A stretch of 63,529 nt of DNA, counting the filler, from Saprolegnia diclina VS20 (lineage: Eukaryota): the NCBI RefSeq assembly GCF_000281045.1. It is 6 parts of 4 records of this genome, joined end to end, with 100 filler letters (N's around TTAATTAATTAA, not from the genome) between each part and the next. Parts side by side here need not be neighbours in the genome. Positions count along the whole stretch, not along the records: positions 1 to 28,757 come from NW_008246088.1; 5 more parts are not named here. The stretch is one strand, 5' to 3'. Below are positions 1 to 12,301 of the stretch, piece after piece. The first letter of the stretch is position 1. Each line of letters begins with the position of its first letter. A program made the translations under genes and the position numbers. Below the pieces are notes generated by a model that had not been told where the DNA came from, did not search any database, and worked only from the letters and a program-made list of their open reading frames with translations.

Positions 1-819
1 ATCTGCGACCGCATCCGATTGTGACACATTTTTGGAGTACGCAACTAGTACAACGCGCCGATGACAAGGCACGTACCCTCGACACGCCGTAGCATGCTAC
101 TCCTGTCGTTCCAGCGTTGGTAAAAATGACTAGAAAGGTGCCAACGTTCCAGCTTGAGTCGAATCGCCCGAGGCATCATGAATGGTTCAGTCAGTCGACT
201 CCTGGGCCGTTTGGGCTCGGAATTCAAAGAGCCAATTTGTTTGTTCTCTACGATTCGTATACTACTTATTTGAGGAGCCTTCCACTGGTCTACACTGCAT
301 GTTATTCGATTCGAGCCACATTCTCGCCAACAACACAAGTCAACAGCATGGTAATGCGCGTGCGCCATTCAATGAATGAGTGCGTTGCCGAGCATCTTCT
401 GAACAACTAATGCAACGACAGGCGGCGGCGCTCTGTCCCCTTGCACGAATCCATCTGCTGCCATTTAACAACCGAAAAGTATTGAGCGTGTGCATTTTGA
501 TTGGGCGAATGTATGCCCATCAACTTTACATGCTCCTTTCGTATACTACGTCGCCTCCAGCACACTCGGTCGACGTCGGCTACCTCGCCGTCCTCGCGAG
601 CTCGGCTCCCAAGAGGAAGTCGCTGCTGCCGCTCCATCGCTTCTTCAAGTCGATGGAGCTAGTAGAGTCAATGCAGCGTTCAAGATAAAGATGCGTCCCA
701 TGGTGAGTCCATTTGTGTTTCGCACTGCTTTGGTGAACAGTCTGCTGCGTCCCACGGTTACGAGGACAGTGGTACATTTTGCAACAGCGGGAGTCGGCTC
801 CCGATCCTTGATTCACTCG

Positions 820-836
820 TCATTTTTCAATTTACC
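820..836 (+). promoter_or_regulatory. Oomycete initiator plus flanking promoter region (INR/FPR) motif
   Basis: TCATTTTTCAATTTACC fits the oomycete core promoter consensus TCATTYYNCAWTTT and lies just upstream of the ATG at 842. Confidence 0.55.
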
Positions 837-841
837 TCGTC

Positions 842-1450
842 ATGGATACGATGTGCTGCTTCAATGGGTGTGCGATCTCGCCGCTGCCTGGCCACACCAA
901 GTGCTCGGTCCACAAAAGCCGCGGTATGTGCAGTGTCGAAACCTGTGCCAACCAAGTGTACGCCCGCGGGCTCTGCGTTCGCCATGGTGGCCGTCATCGC
1001 TGCTTTCAACCAGGCTGCACCACCTCGGCTCGTGTCGGCGGCTACTGCTCGCGCCACGGCGGCGTCAAAATCAAGAAACAATGCGCTGTCGACGGCTGTG
1101 GCAACAAGGTCAACCGCAACGGCCGCTGCGTCCGACACGGCGGGCGCCGCCAATGCAAGGTATCGGACTGCGTGACGCACGCCCGCAGCGGTGGCTACTG
1201 TAGCCGGCACGCCAAAGCGCTTGATGGCGGCAAGACGAAGTGGTACACCGACGATCTGTGGTCGCTCAACGACACCGAGTCGATTGACGAGTTGCTCTAC
1301 TCGGACTACGGCGACATGCTTCTTTTGCTTCCGTCGACATCAGACGAGAGCGCGTCGACGCGTGGCGACACCTGCCGAGGCGACGACATCGATGCGTCGA
1401 TTCTGGCGTGCTTGTTTCAGGACGACCGACACAGCCTCGTCACGCTGTAA
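842..1450 (+). CDS. WRKY19-like Cys3His zinc-finger repeat protein (oomycete-expanded family)
   Basis: Intronless 202 aa ORF with repeated C-x4-C-x9/10-C-x2-H-GG units (CSVETCANQVYARGLCVRHGG and others) and an acidic C-terminus. Confidence 0.8.
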   Translation: MDTMCCFNGCAISPLPGHTKCSVHKSRGMCSVETCANQVYARGLCVRHGGRHRCFQPGCTTSARVGGYCSRHGGVKIKKQCAVDGCGNKVNRNGRCVRHGGRRQCKVSDCVTHARSGGYCSRHAKALDGGKTKWYTDDLWSLNDTESIDELLYSDYGDMLLLLPSTSDESASTRGDTCRGDDIDASILACLFQDDRHSLVTL

Positions 1451-3685
1451 GAATTGACCATAGACTAGACACTAATCTTATATCTGCACATTTCATTCAT
1501 TTCTACGCGACTCAATACATATGTGCTTGACGGATCATACGAACAATCTCAAAGACAAATTTCACCGAGGCGGGCTCGTGGCGTGTGGAGGCTGAAACGA
1601 AACATAAGCATCCAACTCTGCTTCCCGGTGCCCCGAGAAAGGTCTGAGTGCGTTCGTCGCCTTTGCTCACGAAGTACAGTAATACTCTACAACTGGTCCT
1701 CGTCGCAAGATTCGCGGATGTTAAGCATCCTACCCTGTGTACTGGTGGGACCAGTCGTTCGTTAGAGAGCTAGTGCTGAAGGACTTCTTCTCCACTCGCC
1801 ATGATAGAGCTTCTGAAGGTATGTATGCTTGTTGTTGTCGGAGGTTGCCTTGTCGTCGGGGCGTCGTTGGCTTCTGGTAAGCAGTATCCCGTGAGTGGCT
1901 CTTCTTATGGACTTGGCCGAGGTAGCCACGCCTCGTTAAAATGAATATTTGGCGCAAACGTCAGACAGCCTTGACGACCCAACGCAAAGGCTTTACACAA
2001 AGATGCTCTGGCGCAGGGAGCTGGCGCAGGGGGGGCGTTGCTCAGGTACAGTCCAGCTGTACATGTACGCGTATTTCAATCCCACGCACAACGTCACCCA
2101 AACCCGTCAACCGGAACAACTGGCCTTTTGGTATGTACCAATAGGTATCGAAACTACTAGTACGTACTCGAAGTTGAATCTTAGTCAACCATGAGATAGG
2201 CTTTTCAGACGAATGCCTTTCCACGAGGCAGCTTGATGTTTGGGTCACTGGTGGCTCGCCTTGTCTCGTCATCAGTCATGCCAAGAGCAAAGACTTGTGC
2301 TCCACGTCGCAGCAATTCGCAACGCGTTTTCGTACTTGGGCACGAGCAAGGAATGTTCCCAATATCGGTCGTCCAGAAACCGTTCGCAGATACTGGGACC
2401 TAGAATCAGCAAAGATCTGCGGATTTGACGTTTTGAGATGATGAAAAATCAAAAGAATATTCAGGCTCAACTTGTGCACGAAAGTTGCACCTTTATGACG
2501 TGTAACCTGACGCAGGGTGTGTACTCGCATAGGTATACTCGCGTCATACATAGTACGGTCGCTTTGGGGCCAAAAGCCCTTTGAGAGGACTTCGTGTCGT
2601 TCAAAGTTTTGCCTGTCGTGATGGATAAGAAGCGAAGACGAGGAAGGATTTTCGAGCGCAGGGCGTCAGTCGAACAGCGTTTCTTGGCGCGTTCTTCAGA
2701 GGGCATGTTAGGAGCTATCGCATCCTTTGCGAATTGCCTCTCGTTTTTACGGGCCTGTTGATAAGTGCGGCGCACCAACTTCGTGAAGCGTCGGTTGATT
2801 GCATATTTTGTTTTTTCCCGTCCAGTCGCAATTCGCAGATCTACGTCCAGGGATCTGCGGTAGCACCCTGGGTAGTGCCACCGCAATCGAGAATCAGAGG
2901 CCGCCCAACTAAAATACTTTCCTAGTGCTAAAAGCTTGGCAAGTGTCAGCTTTCAACACAACACCACGGTATTGTTTGTTGTTGTCTACAGTCAAACTAG
3001 CCAAAATGCATATCCCGAAACTCGATATTTCTCTTGGGTGTGATAATATCATCTTTGTATTTTTTACACTCACGGTGTAGTAAAATAAAAAGGGTGCTTG
3101 AGCAAGGTCGTCGCGGAGGCAATCACCGAGTACTGAGGCCACAGCAGCTTCAAGCGCGCAGCGTACAGCCTCATGATAAAATGCAGAGGTGAGCGTGACA
3201 ATGAGAAAGCTCGTGGCCGAAGCTCTGGCTCGATATATTGCCCACGACGTGTCCAGTGGTGAAGTGCACGTGGGTAGTTGGCGAAACGGACGAGCAAGCC
3301 CTTGTGGGTCACCTGATGATCGACCAGGTTCCTGACTTTGCTCACCATGTCAACAAATAAGACTAGTCGACGTCGCGTACTGGTAAATTTGATCGCCATG
3401 ACTCGAATGCACTCCAGATCTGATAGCCTTGCCGTGGAAGTTCTATTATTCTATTGTATTATATTTTTCACCCCGCACAATTAATAGTTCATACTCCTCT
3501 CGGATGCATAGTGTGGATTATCCACTATGCACGTTCAACTATACTACCGGTATCCCAGCAACGCAATACGTTCAGTTGTCGTGTAGGTGATTGTGGACCT
3601 CTTGCGATCGCCAACAAATAGGAAATCACGTTGAAAGCCCCTTCGGTCTCTCAGAATTCATTTTACCGCCCGAAAAACGAGCGCC

Positions 3686-4548
3686 ATGACAGCACTTGGG
3701 GGCTACTGGGGGTCGCCGACAAGCAGCATTGACTGGTACAACCCCCTCGGTCGTACTGGCGGCCAATAACGTCGCAGTAGGTGCGAAGACAACTACGTGT
3801 GGTCCTACTATATCGCCGAGTGGTGGAACTCGTGGAGCAACGTTCCGCCACTCGTCCTCGCGCTCTACGCCCTCTACAAGTCACGCGTCGCCTACGCCAA
3901 CGAGTCGCAGCCCATGGTCATCCGCGTCGCGTACCTCGTGCCCGTCGTCATCTTTCTCGGTTCGTTCGCTTTCCACGCGACGCTGACGTACGCCGGGCAG
4001 CTTCTCGACGAGCTTCCGATGATGTACGGAACCTTGTACTTTCACTACATTAGCCTCCGACACCACTCTGGCGTCAAGGCGATCTTTGCTCTCATTGCGT
4101 TGGGGCTCACAGTCGTCCTCGCGATTGTCGGGCACGCCCCGTTGATCTTCCAGATCGCCTACATCGCTTTGGTTCGTTGCTGTATTTGCGAGCTCCTTGG
4201 CTTATGATACATGTGTAGACGCTCTCGCTCATCGCGCGCAGCATTACCATGAACAAGGAGCGCAAAGACGTGCGCCACACGCGCCTTTTGCAGCTCAGTG
4301 CTACCTTGCTCGTTGTCGCCTTTGTGCTCTGGATCGCCGACCAAGTGTTTTGCCCGTCGGCCAAGCAGCTGCATTTGCACGCGATTTGGCACCTCCTCTC
4401 GGGCGCGAGTACCTTTGTGTGGATTCAATTCGCGTGCGCGTACGAGCTGAGCATGCACAAGAAGCGCCTTGAGATCACGCATGTCATGTCGATCTTGCCC
4501 TATTGCACGCGCCAAAAGAACTCAACTGCGCCGGCGCGTGGCTGGTAA
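3686..4548 (+). CDS. Alkaline ceramidase (ACER3/YPC1-like, CREST superfamily), copy 1
   Basis: Spliced start MTALGGYWGSPTSSIDW|CEDNYVWSYYIAEWWN (intron 3736-3780); motifs GSFAFHATL, QLLDELPM and HAIWH; multiple TM segments; second intron ~4172-4218. Confidence 0.9.
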
Positions 4549-4628
4549 TATGGTCCCTAGATAACTACTATATCCTACACATGAAAACTATATACAAATT
4601 GGAGGGTTTATTACGAGTGCAGACCGCG

Positions 4629-5486
4629 TCATTGTAGTTTGGCGTGGCAGGATGGCTTGTCGATGATGATGGTCGAGAGGCCTGCGATCGCCGGTGCGAC
4701 GGCGGGTGCCCAGTCGAGCTGCGACGCGCGCACGTACTGCATGAAGAGCGGGCCGTAGTAGGCGTTGAGACCCATGAAGAAATGCCACCACGCGTGGCCG
4801 TACAAGTTGAACGAGCTGTCGCAGTGGTGGTAGTCGACGAGCCAGCACAGCGCGCCGATGAACCCAGTCCGGATGTACGACTTGGCGAGGCCTTTGCCTT
4901 CAACGCAATCGATTTGGCCGTAGTAGCTGCGCACGCGCCAGAGACACGAAAACGTAAGACCCGAGAAGAGCACTTGGAACGCGAGCACGAACGAGTAGAC
5001 CGCGTGGGCAATTGTAAATCCGACACCAAGACTGATGAGGAGCGCGCGCATGCCCAGATCCAGTTGCTTCTGGTTTTGCCAGTCGGGTGCATACAAAATG
5101 TAAATCCTAGAAAATGTGGTTTATACGTGTATCCAAGAGCAGCACGAGGTTGTACCAGATAAGCATCGACCAGATCATGGGCGTCTCGTCGAGCTGCTGC
5201 GACCTAGCGATGGAATAAGACATGGAATAAGAAATCAACATGCGTACACGTGCGTGAGCGTGCCGTGGAAAAGCGCCGAGCCGCAGCCGACGACCATCAC
5301 GTTGAGATACATGAGCACGAAGCGCCACTCGAAATCCATGGCGACCGTCCGCTGGAGCCCGTAGTAGCCGAGCACAATGAACGAGAGGTTCGAGATCGTG
5401 TTCCAGAATTCGGCCACGTAGTGCGAGAAGACGTAGTTGGGCTCGCACCAGTCGATCGTCGACGTCACGTCGCCCCAGTATCCCAT
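4629..5486 (-). CDS. Alkaline ceramidase, copy 2
   Basis: MGYWGDVTSTIDWCEPNYVFSHYVAEFWNTISN, GSALFHGTL, QQLDETPM and HAWWH; two short introns. Confidence 0.9.
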
Positions 5487-6540
5487 ACGTTCTGAGGTCT
5501 TCACAGCAAATCGCAGAGTGTGGCCGATGGCGCGCGATCTTCCGGAAAAAATCGAAACACGTCCGGATACGGACGGGATTGCGTGGGATTAGTCGTTGCC
5601 GTCAACCAAATGGACATGTCTGCGCATGCAGTGCGATTACGTTAGATGACGCGATTCAATAGAGACCATAGTCTTTTCAATATTGTCCATCGTTCTACAT
5701 CGGTCCGCACGATCACGTGACAGGTTTACGCTAGGAGATTGGCCACTGCATTGGCTGTCTTTGCGAATCTGACAAGCGATGACGACACCGTCTCAATTTG
5801 TTTAAACGTGTAACGTACGCACAACTTGCACAACTTGGTACTTCTGTCGTGAGGACTCGGTGCCACGTTGTAGCAGCCCAGAATACTTGATCCTTACATC
5901 GACTTGCTTCGTCGGTGATCGCTGTCGATGGTAGATACGAAGGGTTAAAGAGGAAGTCTCAGCTTGCATCAAATTGTCCGTTTTCAAAGTTACATGGTTC
6001 GATTTCCCGTTTAAAAAGTTGGGTGTTTTTAGCAAACCGTCTGGCGACATATATGCTAATTGTTCTTGGCAAGACGCGCCCTCAGTGCAAGCCTCCCTTA
6101 ACGCCAGCTGCCGACAAGTTTTGCTATGATACGTACCTCCACAGCGCGCGGTGGCTAGCTCACTATGGTGGCTCATCGTTCATATCGTTTGTCAAGCAAT
6201 CCTTCTGTCGGTGGCTGTGGCCGCACGACTGACCAGTACCGGTACAGGACAGGTTGACGCAAAGTACCTTGAGCCGCTAGTTTACCGTCCAGCACAACTT
6301 TGTCATAGGTACACGGTTAATCATTGCCCAAACGCAAACGCATTGTTCCCATACTAGTAGCGACTGCCACGCGTGGTGCAACATGGCGCTCAGATTTCAG
6401 TGCTCGTGTTGAATGACAGCGCGATTTGCAGTCCATGGACGATGAAGGCGTTTTGACGCTCTATCTCTTCTACTAGTCCTGTCCACTTGCCACCGTCAGT
6501 ACACCTTGTCGATAACAAGCACACGAGTCGTCCATTGGTG

Positions 6541-6831
6541 TTACAATGTCGTCGTCGTGGGAGGCAATGCGTCTTTTGAGCACAAGGTGGTCGACGAGCT
6601 CGTACCTTCGTCCTTGGCCGCGTTCAACGGGCTCTTGGCGCTGGCTGCTGCGATGTCCGGCACGGACGGATGCAAGGGGCTAGTGGTGCTGACGACCGGC
6701 ACAGGGCTCACAACGATAGGAACCGCGGGCGTCTCGTCGACCGGCCGTGTCGTCGTCTGGGATGCTTGCTTGGACGACCCCGACGAGCAAAAGATGGCCG
6801 CGCAGCAGCCCATGATGATCTCGTCACACAT
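6541..6831 (-). CDS. Small hypothetical protein with Cys-rich N-terminus and Pro/Thr/Ser-rich tail
   Basis: MCDEIIMGCCAAIFC followed by a low-complexity tail; codon usage resembles coding sequence; no family recognised. Confidence 0.4.
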   Translation of the reverse strand: MCDEIIMGCCAAIFCSSGSSKQASQTTTRPVDETPAVPIVVSPVPVVSTTSPLHPSVPDIAAASAKSPLNAAKDEGTSSSTTLCSKDALPPTTTTL

Positions 6832-7381
6832 ATTAGCTCCACGTTGGAAAAGCGAAAATGGAGTTGCGTTCGGCGCGCCCAAGAGACACGCGAGCGAACG
6901 ATATCGCAACCGGCTTTCGTGTGCGCCTTGCAGTCGAGGTGTGCCCGTTCGTAGCGCCCACTGCACATCGAGTACCGCTCATGCACATCACAGTCCAAAG
7001 GTGTCGAGGCGCCGCGACGACGTGGCCGCGGTCTCGTACTATGGTCTTTCCAACCTCTGCGTGGTAACGTAACTTCATTACACACAAGTCCGACGCCAAG
7101 GCCACGCGCAATCGCCAAGTGCGAATGGAAGGGCAAGATCAGCAGATGAAAGCAGGGGCGTTTTACCGCTAGCCATTGCGTCGACGCACTCCCTTGTTGA
7201 GCTTGTTGAGGAGCGAGGAACACATGGCAGTCTTTCGAGCAACACTTTAGAATGGCGCTTGCTTCACGCAAAAACGCGCAGCTCCGTGATGCTCCTTGTG
7301 GAAAGGTCATGGTGGCTTCGAGTCAGTTGGCTGTAGCAAAACGTGCAAAAGCGAGCTGATACTCCTCGCCTCACTGGAAGG

Positions 7382-7717
7382 ATGCGGTGGCTTTACGTTG
7401 CGGCGCTGCCGTCCGTCCACGCCGTGGGCATCTACTTCTTCTGGGTCTCCAACGTGCGCATTGGCTCCCGCATGCAGTGCGACAGCGCGCCGAAACGCTG
7501 TCCCGGAGACCTCCTCGCGTACCGGCGCGAAGCGTTGCAGTGTGAGTTTGAAGCGTGCAAGGACGCGACGCACCCGCCAGGATACGTGCCGACGCCGCCA
7601 CCAACGCCAGAACCGACCGACGCCAAGTTTGTGATCATTGCCGCCTACACCCCCGTGGTTGCTCTGGCGACGCCGCGCCTGCGAAGCCATCCCACAGTAA
7701 ATACGACGCGCGCGTGA
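7382..7717 (+). CDS. Small putatively secreted Cys-motif protein
   Basis: Signal-peptide-like MRWLYVAALPSVHA, four-Cys motif CDSAPKRCPG...QCEFEAC, Pro/Thr-rich linker. Confidence 0.55.
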   Translation: MRWLYVAALPSVHAVGIYFFWVSNVRIGSRMQCDSAPKRCPGDLLAYRREALQCEFEACKDATHPPGYVPTPPPTPEPTDAKFVIIAAYTPVVALATPRLRSHPTVNTTRA

Positions 7718-8352
7718 TCCCTTTGCGCTCAATTACACACCTGTGCTTGGCCGTCCTGAGAGCATCTCGTCGAGTCCTCTCTTCGTTCTATGCAGAATGG
7801 CAAGCAGCAATAAGATCTTTTTGGCTCTCGTGCTGGATCCTCATATGTGTTGATACGTAAACGCATGCTGCCCGACGTTGCGCCGTCACGTTGTCCGTCA
7901 TTCGCACATCTCAACGCCCAGGATGCCACGTGGGCAAAGCGGACTGTATATCTCCGAATCGTCTGCTGCCGATTCTATGGATGCTGATATTGAGAAGATA
8001 AAGATAAATGGTTCTAACATTGAGACGATGCTGAGGACTTGTTGCACGCAATTGCAATGTCACCGCTGAGGTCATGTGCTAATGCACACTCATCGTTTGC
8101 CCCGCGACTACCGTCTGCCTCGACACCGCCACTACCAAGAAGTTTGTGTGGACCGACAACCAGGTCGCAGTCAGCGGGCAGAACCACCCATGGTGGCTAC
8201 TGGTGCACCTCGGCAACTGAATTCCACGTGGGACGCTCTGCGTTTTGATTGGTCCGTGATGCGCAAGGTGGCGTGCAAATAGCCGTCGCGTCGGTCCGCA
8301 CGAAGTGAAATCTTGCCACAAATCTTTTTCCGTCTCCACAAGACAACTAGCG

Positions 8353-10208
8353 ATGGCGACTGCCCCAGTGGAGCTGACCATTAGCGCGACGGGCTTGGCC
8401 CGCGGCTGCGACGCGTTCGCCGTCGTCTACTTCAACGGTACGTGCCTCTTGGAAGCGGCGTGGGCTCATCCAGGCAAGTAGACACGATCGTCGGGCGCAC
8501 CGAAGTGCGCAAGAACACGCCCGCGCCCGGCTTTGTCAAGAGCTTCAAGCTTGACGTCGCCCAGCACGGCAATGAGGGCTACTTTGTCAAGATTGAGCTG
8601 TACCACGAGAGCGACGAAGACCACCCGGAGCTGCAGCGCCAGAAGCTGCTCGGCCACATCGTCTTGCCGCTGCCAGACATTGCGGCGCAGATCAACAACC
8701 CGATCACGATGCCGCTGACGAGCCACCACGACCATGGCACTGGCGCGGTGCTGCAGCTGCGCACCGAGTACATTGGCTTGAACGCGGACGTCGCGATGGT
8801 TCAATTCGCTGGTGCCGAGCTCCCGGGGCCCGACAACTCGGGCTTGCCCAACCCGTACGTGCTCCCTTACAATGTTGCTTCGCATACAAACCACGCCATG
8901 GCTATGTAGGCTTCTTGTGATCAAGCGTATCGTGAGTGATGGGTCGTACGTGGCCGTCTTCCGCTCCGAAGTCCACAAGCAGACGAGCAATCCGCTCTGG
9001 GAGAAGCGCAACGTGCCGGTCCAGCGCCTCTGCAACGGCGACTACAAACGTCCGCTCCTCTTCCAAGTCGTGCACCACGAAAAGTCGACGCAAAAGCTCA
9101 TCGGGCAGGTGACCGCGACGCTCTACGACCTCCTCAACGGCAGCGTCCGGTCGCTTCCGCTACGCAACGGCGAGCGCTTTGCGGGCTCGCTCAACGTCGC
9201 GTTCCTGCAGGTCGCCAACGAACCCGACTATGTGGGCTACGGTACGTCCGACCGCTTTTTTCTACATCTCACGTTGCATGCTTCTCGGTAGCGCAAGGCC
9301 CGTGCGAAATTACGCACCTGCAAGGGCTCCGCACCGCAGGCAAGCCTCTCGACCAGCAGAGCAGCTATGCTGCGTACGGTGCTCCGGCGCAGGAGGTGGC
9401 GCTGCCGATCGCACAAATGAGCGCCATGAAGCTGCAGCCCGACGTGGTGCCGACGGCGACCGCGTACCCGGTGCCCGCGCCGGGCGGCCAGTACCCCGAG
9501 GCCTCGCCGATCGCGACGCCAGGTAGCCATGGCCCGTCTTCTATCGTTTAAGCTCATGATCCTGCGACTCTAGTCAACTGGATGCTAAAGACGGTGACAC
9601 AAGACAGCGATACGCCGACGCAAGTGACGTTCATCAACAGCTTTGTGGCGCCCGTCGACATTGCGTGGGTCGACTACGACGGCAACGAGACCATTTACAA
9701 CCGCATCGAGCCGGGCCAAAAGTACACGCAAGACACGTACGCCAAGCACGTGTGGCTCCTTGCGACGCCGACGCACGGGCCGCTGGCCTACTACACTGCG
9801 GCGCCAGAGGCCACGTTTGTCGACATTCTCGGACCCAACGCGCTCGGTGTGGGGCCGCAGTGCACCGCGATCACGTCGGGCAGCGCCGGCGCGCCGATCA
9901 AGCTCGTCTTTGTCAACAACACGCCGCGCATCATTGGCATTGCCTGGGTCGACGAGGCCGGCCAGGAGATCGAGTATGCTCAGGTCCACCCGCGCCAGTC
10001 GTACGTGCAGGACACGTATGCGAACCATGTGTGGAAGGCGCACTACGCCGACTCGAACATCCCGCTCGTGTACTTTCGTGGGTCGCCGATCAGCGAGCAG
10101 GTCGACATTCGCGGCCACAACTCTATGGTGCACACGCCGCTCGGCCACACGGGCGGCCCGTACCAAGGCCAGCCGCCGTACCAGGGCCAGCAGCCGTACG
10201 GGTACTAG
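8353..10208 (+). CDS. Tandem copine-type C2 domains plus two VHL beta-domain repeats
   Basis: C2A (VELTISA...VGRTEV...PGFVKSFKL), C2B (FRSEVHKQTSNPLW...LCNGDYKRPLLFQV), Pro/Tyr-rich linker, then two repeats of F-x-N...I-x-WVD-x-x-G-x-E...Y-x-QDTYA-x-HVW; about four short introns. Confidence 0.75.
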
Positions 10209-10289
10209 GCTCGATGCGAGATAACACGACCTTGACATTGACATGGGTTACGAGGCAGTACGTGGAGGACGAGAAGAGGAGGAAGCTAG

Positions 10290-10643
10290 CTAGTGGGTGG
10301 CGGTGGGCGGGCCAAAGACGCCGACGGACGAGATGTGGTAGGCGGCGTACATGGCGAGCGCGAGACTTTCGCCGACGAGCGGGAGCGGCTCGGCGTGCTG
10401 CGACGGCGCATCGCACCCGAGGAGAAGGTCGTCAATGACGTGGTTCAAGACGTCCCAGTCCTCGATCGATGGCGTCCGGCGGCGGTGATCGCGCTCGGTG
10501 CATGGCTTGTCGGTCGAAGCAGCCACGACCGGCGGCCGGGCAAGCGTTTGCTGCATGCAGCGGTGGTAGACGACGACGCTCATGCAGAGGATGACGGCCA
10601 AGACGACGTTGACATGCTCGAGCACGTCGAGGGCCTCGACCAT
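10290..10643 (-). CDS. Small membrane protein, hypothetical
   Basis: MVEALDVLEHVNVVLAVILCMSVVVY gives an N-terminal hydrophobic helix; GC3-rich codons. Confidence 0.5.
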   Translation of the reverse strand: MVEALDVLEHVNVVLAVILCMSVVVYHRCMQQTLARPPVVAASTDKPCTERDHRRRTPSIEDWDVLNHVIDDLLLGCDAPSQHAEPLPLVGESLALAMYAAYHISSVGVFGPPTATH

Positions 10644-11075
10644 GACCGCGGAATGTGACGAAGTGGTGAAGCAACTGTCGTTGCCAGAGGACGGGCAATA
10701 TATATTCATATCGAAGCACAATCCGGCAGTGCTGTGTGTTGGCGGCCGAATATTCAATATTTTGCCCAAGGCGCGCTCAGTTTGTATAGGCCACGCTGCC
10801 TGATAACGACGGGGCAAGCAGCTGGCAGAATATTCGATTCCTTTCTCGCACGCTCCGAGCGCCACGTCATGGCATGCCCACCCTTGCTGCGTCATGGCAT
10901 GGATGCAGAAGGACGACGGTAGCTTGTTCTATACTCGTACTCGATGTCCTTGCATGCAATCTGAAGCTTTTCTACTTAGTAGCGACGAGTACCATGGTCG
11001 GCGAGCGCGGCAAACTCAGATGACGAGGATGGGACGGCCCGTGCAACAGTTGCGAGATTCACACTGCATCTTTTC

Positions 11076-12301
11076 TTAGTCTTCTTCCCGTTCTCTGTCG
11101 ACGGCCGGGCAAGCGCTGCTGGCGGCGAGGACCCCGCGGCGTGGAACTTGGGACGCGTGGCGCGTGAGCGCGCGCAACGTGCGCTCGAGATGCTGCATGA
11201 AGAACTGGCGCTGCTGGACGTGCTTATCAATCGAGATGTGCTCGAGCCGAGCGACGAGGTGGGCGTGGTCGTCCGCGTCATGTAAATCGAGGCGGCGCAA
11301 GGCAGCGAGGTCCCGCAGTGAAACAAAGCCTTCGGCTGTGCACGGGTGGTCGATCGTATAGTACGTGCGAACGCGCGTGAGCCGCGGTTCGAGCATCTCG
11401 ACCACATTCCTAAGCACAACGCTTGCCACGTGTACTCGATTGCGACTGGTACCATTCTTTGTTGTCGAAGCGCCACATATGAGGTGCAGTCGGGTACGCA
11501 TCGTCGTGAAGAATACTGCGGAGGCAGATCACGGTCCGCGTCGGCTCGTGGAAGCGACCGGTGAGCACGTTGTGGGCCATGCAGCGCCCGACGTTCTCTC
11601 GCGTGTACTGAATGTCGTCGTGTGGCGTCGAAAGCAGCGTGCTCGGGTCGTCCGGCAAAGCAAAGAGCTCCTGGCACAGCGTGTCCTGCGCGATCCAGAG
11701 CCCACGCGAGACCTCTTCGAGCGTATATGGGACGACCTGCTGCGTCTGTACATGGATCACGAGGCGCCTCTCGTCCTCGATAGTCACTGACACGTCGATC
11801 GCATTGTGTCGACCATTGGGAAAGTGCAGTGGCGCAAACGTGCGGTCGGTCGAGTGGTAGACTTGCTGCAGGAGCCAGTCGTAGCTCATGGCCCGCGCGG
11901 CCTCGTCGCCGGCAAAGAGGTGCGAGTGCCGCCAGCCTTCAAGGAACGGGCTCGGTGCTTGCTACGATGCAAATGGAAACGTCAGCGATTTAGGGCATTG
12001 CAGGTCGTACCATGCGGGGCGTTGTGCTGGCGACCCAAGCCTGGAGGTGGTCGCAGAGCCGTTGGTAGCGCCGGCGCTGGCGTTGAAGCGCCTTGTTTGT
12101 CGCCAACTGCTCGGCGGTATCGTCCTGGAGCGCATTGGCAACGTCGCGCCACGCCAAGAGCGTTGATGGCGCCGCGCGTGTCGCTGCTTGGAGGTGCTGG
12201 AGCTGGTTCTGGAGAGCGTATAGCTGCCAGCGGAGGCTCGCGAGCTCCTTGACCTTCTTGGACTTGACGTGCGCGAGGCTCGGCGGCTGGAACGCGTCCA
12301 T
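11076..12301 (-). CDS. Oomycete coiled-coil/START-like family protein (M96 mating-specific-like)
   Basis: Three exons join through GT-AG introns: ELASLRWQLYALQNQL...LLAWRDVA...NKALQRQ, then WRHSHLFAG...SYDWLLQQVYHSTD, then RTVICLRSILHDDAYP; pattern recalled from expanded Saprolegniales families. Confidence 0.6.

Noticed and set aside
1500..3060. Several short ORFs in a lower-GC stretch
   Set aside because: No codon bias, splice logic or recognisable motifs; possibly decayed sequence but unsupported.
3070..3399. ORF ending SATTLLKHPF, like kinase subdomain XI
   Set aside because: No other kinase motifs; too short to support even a pseudogene call.
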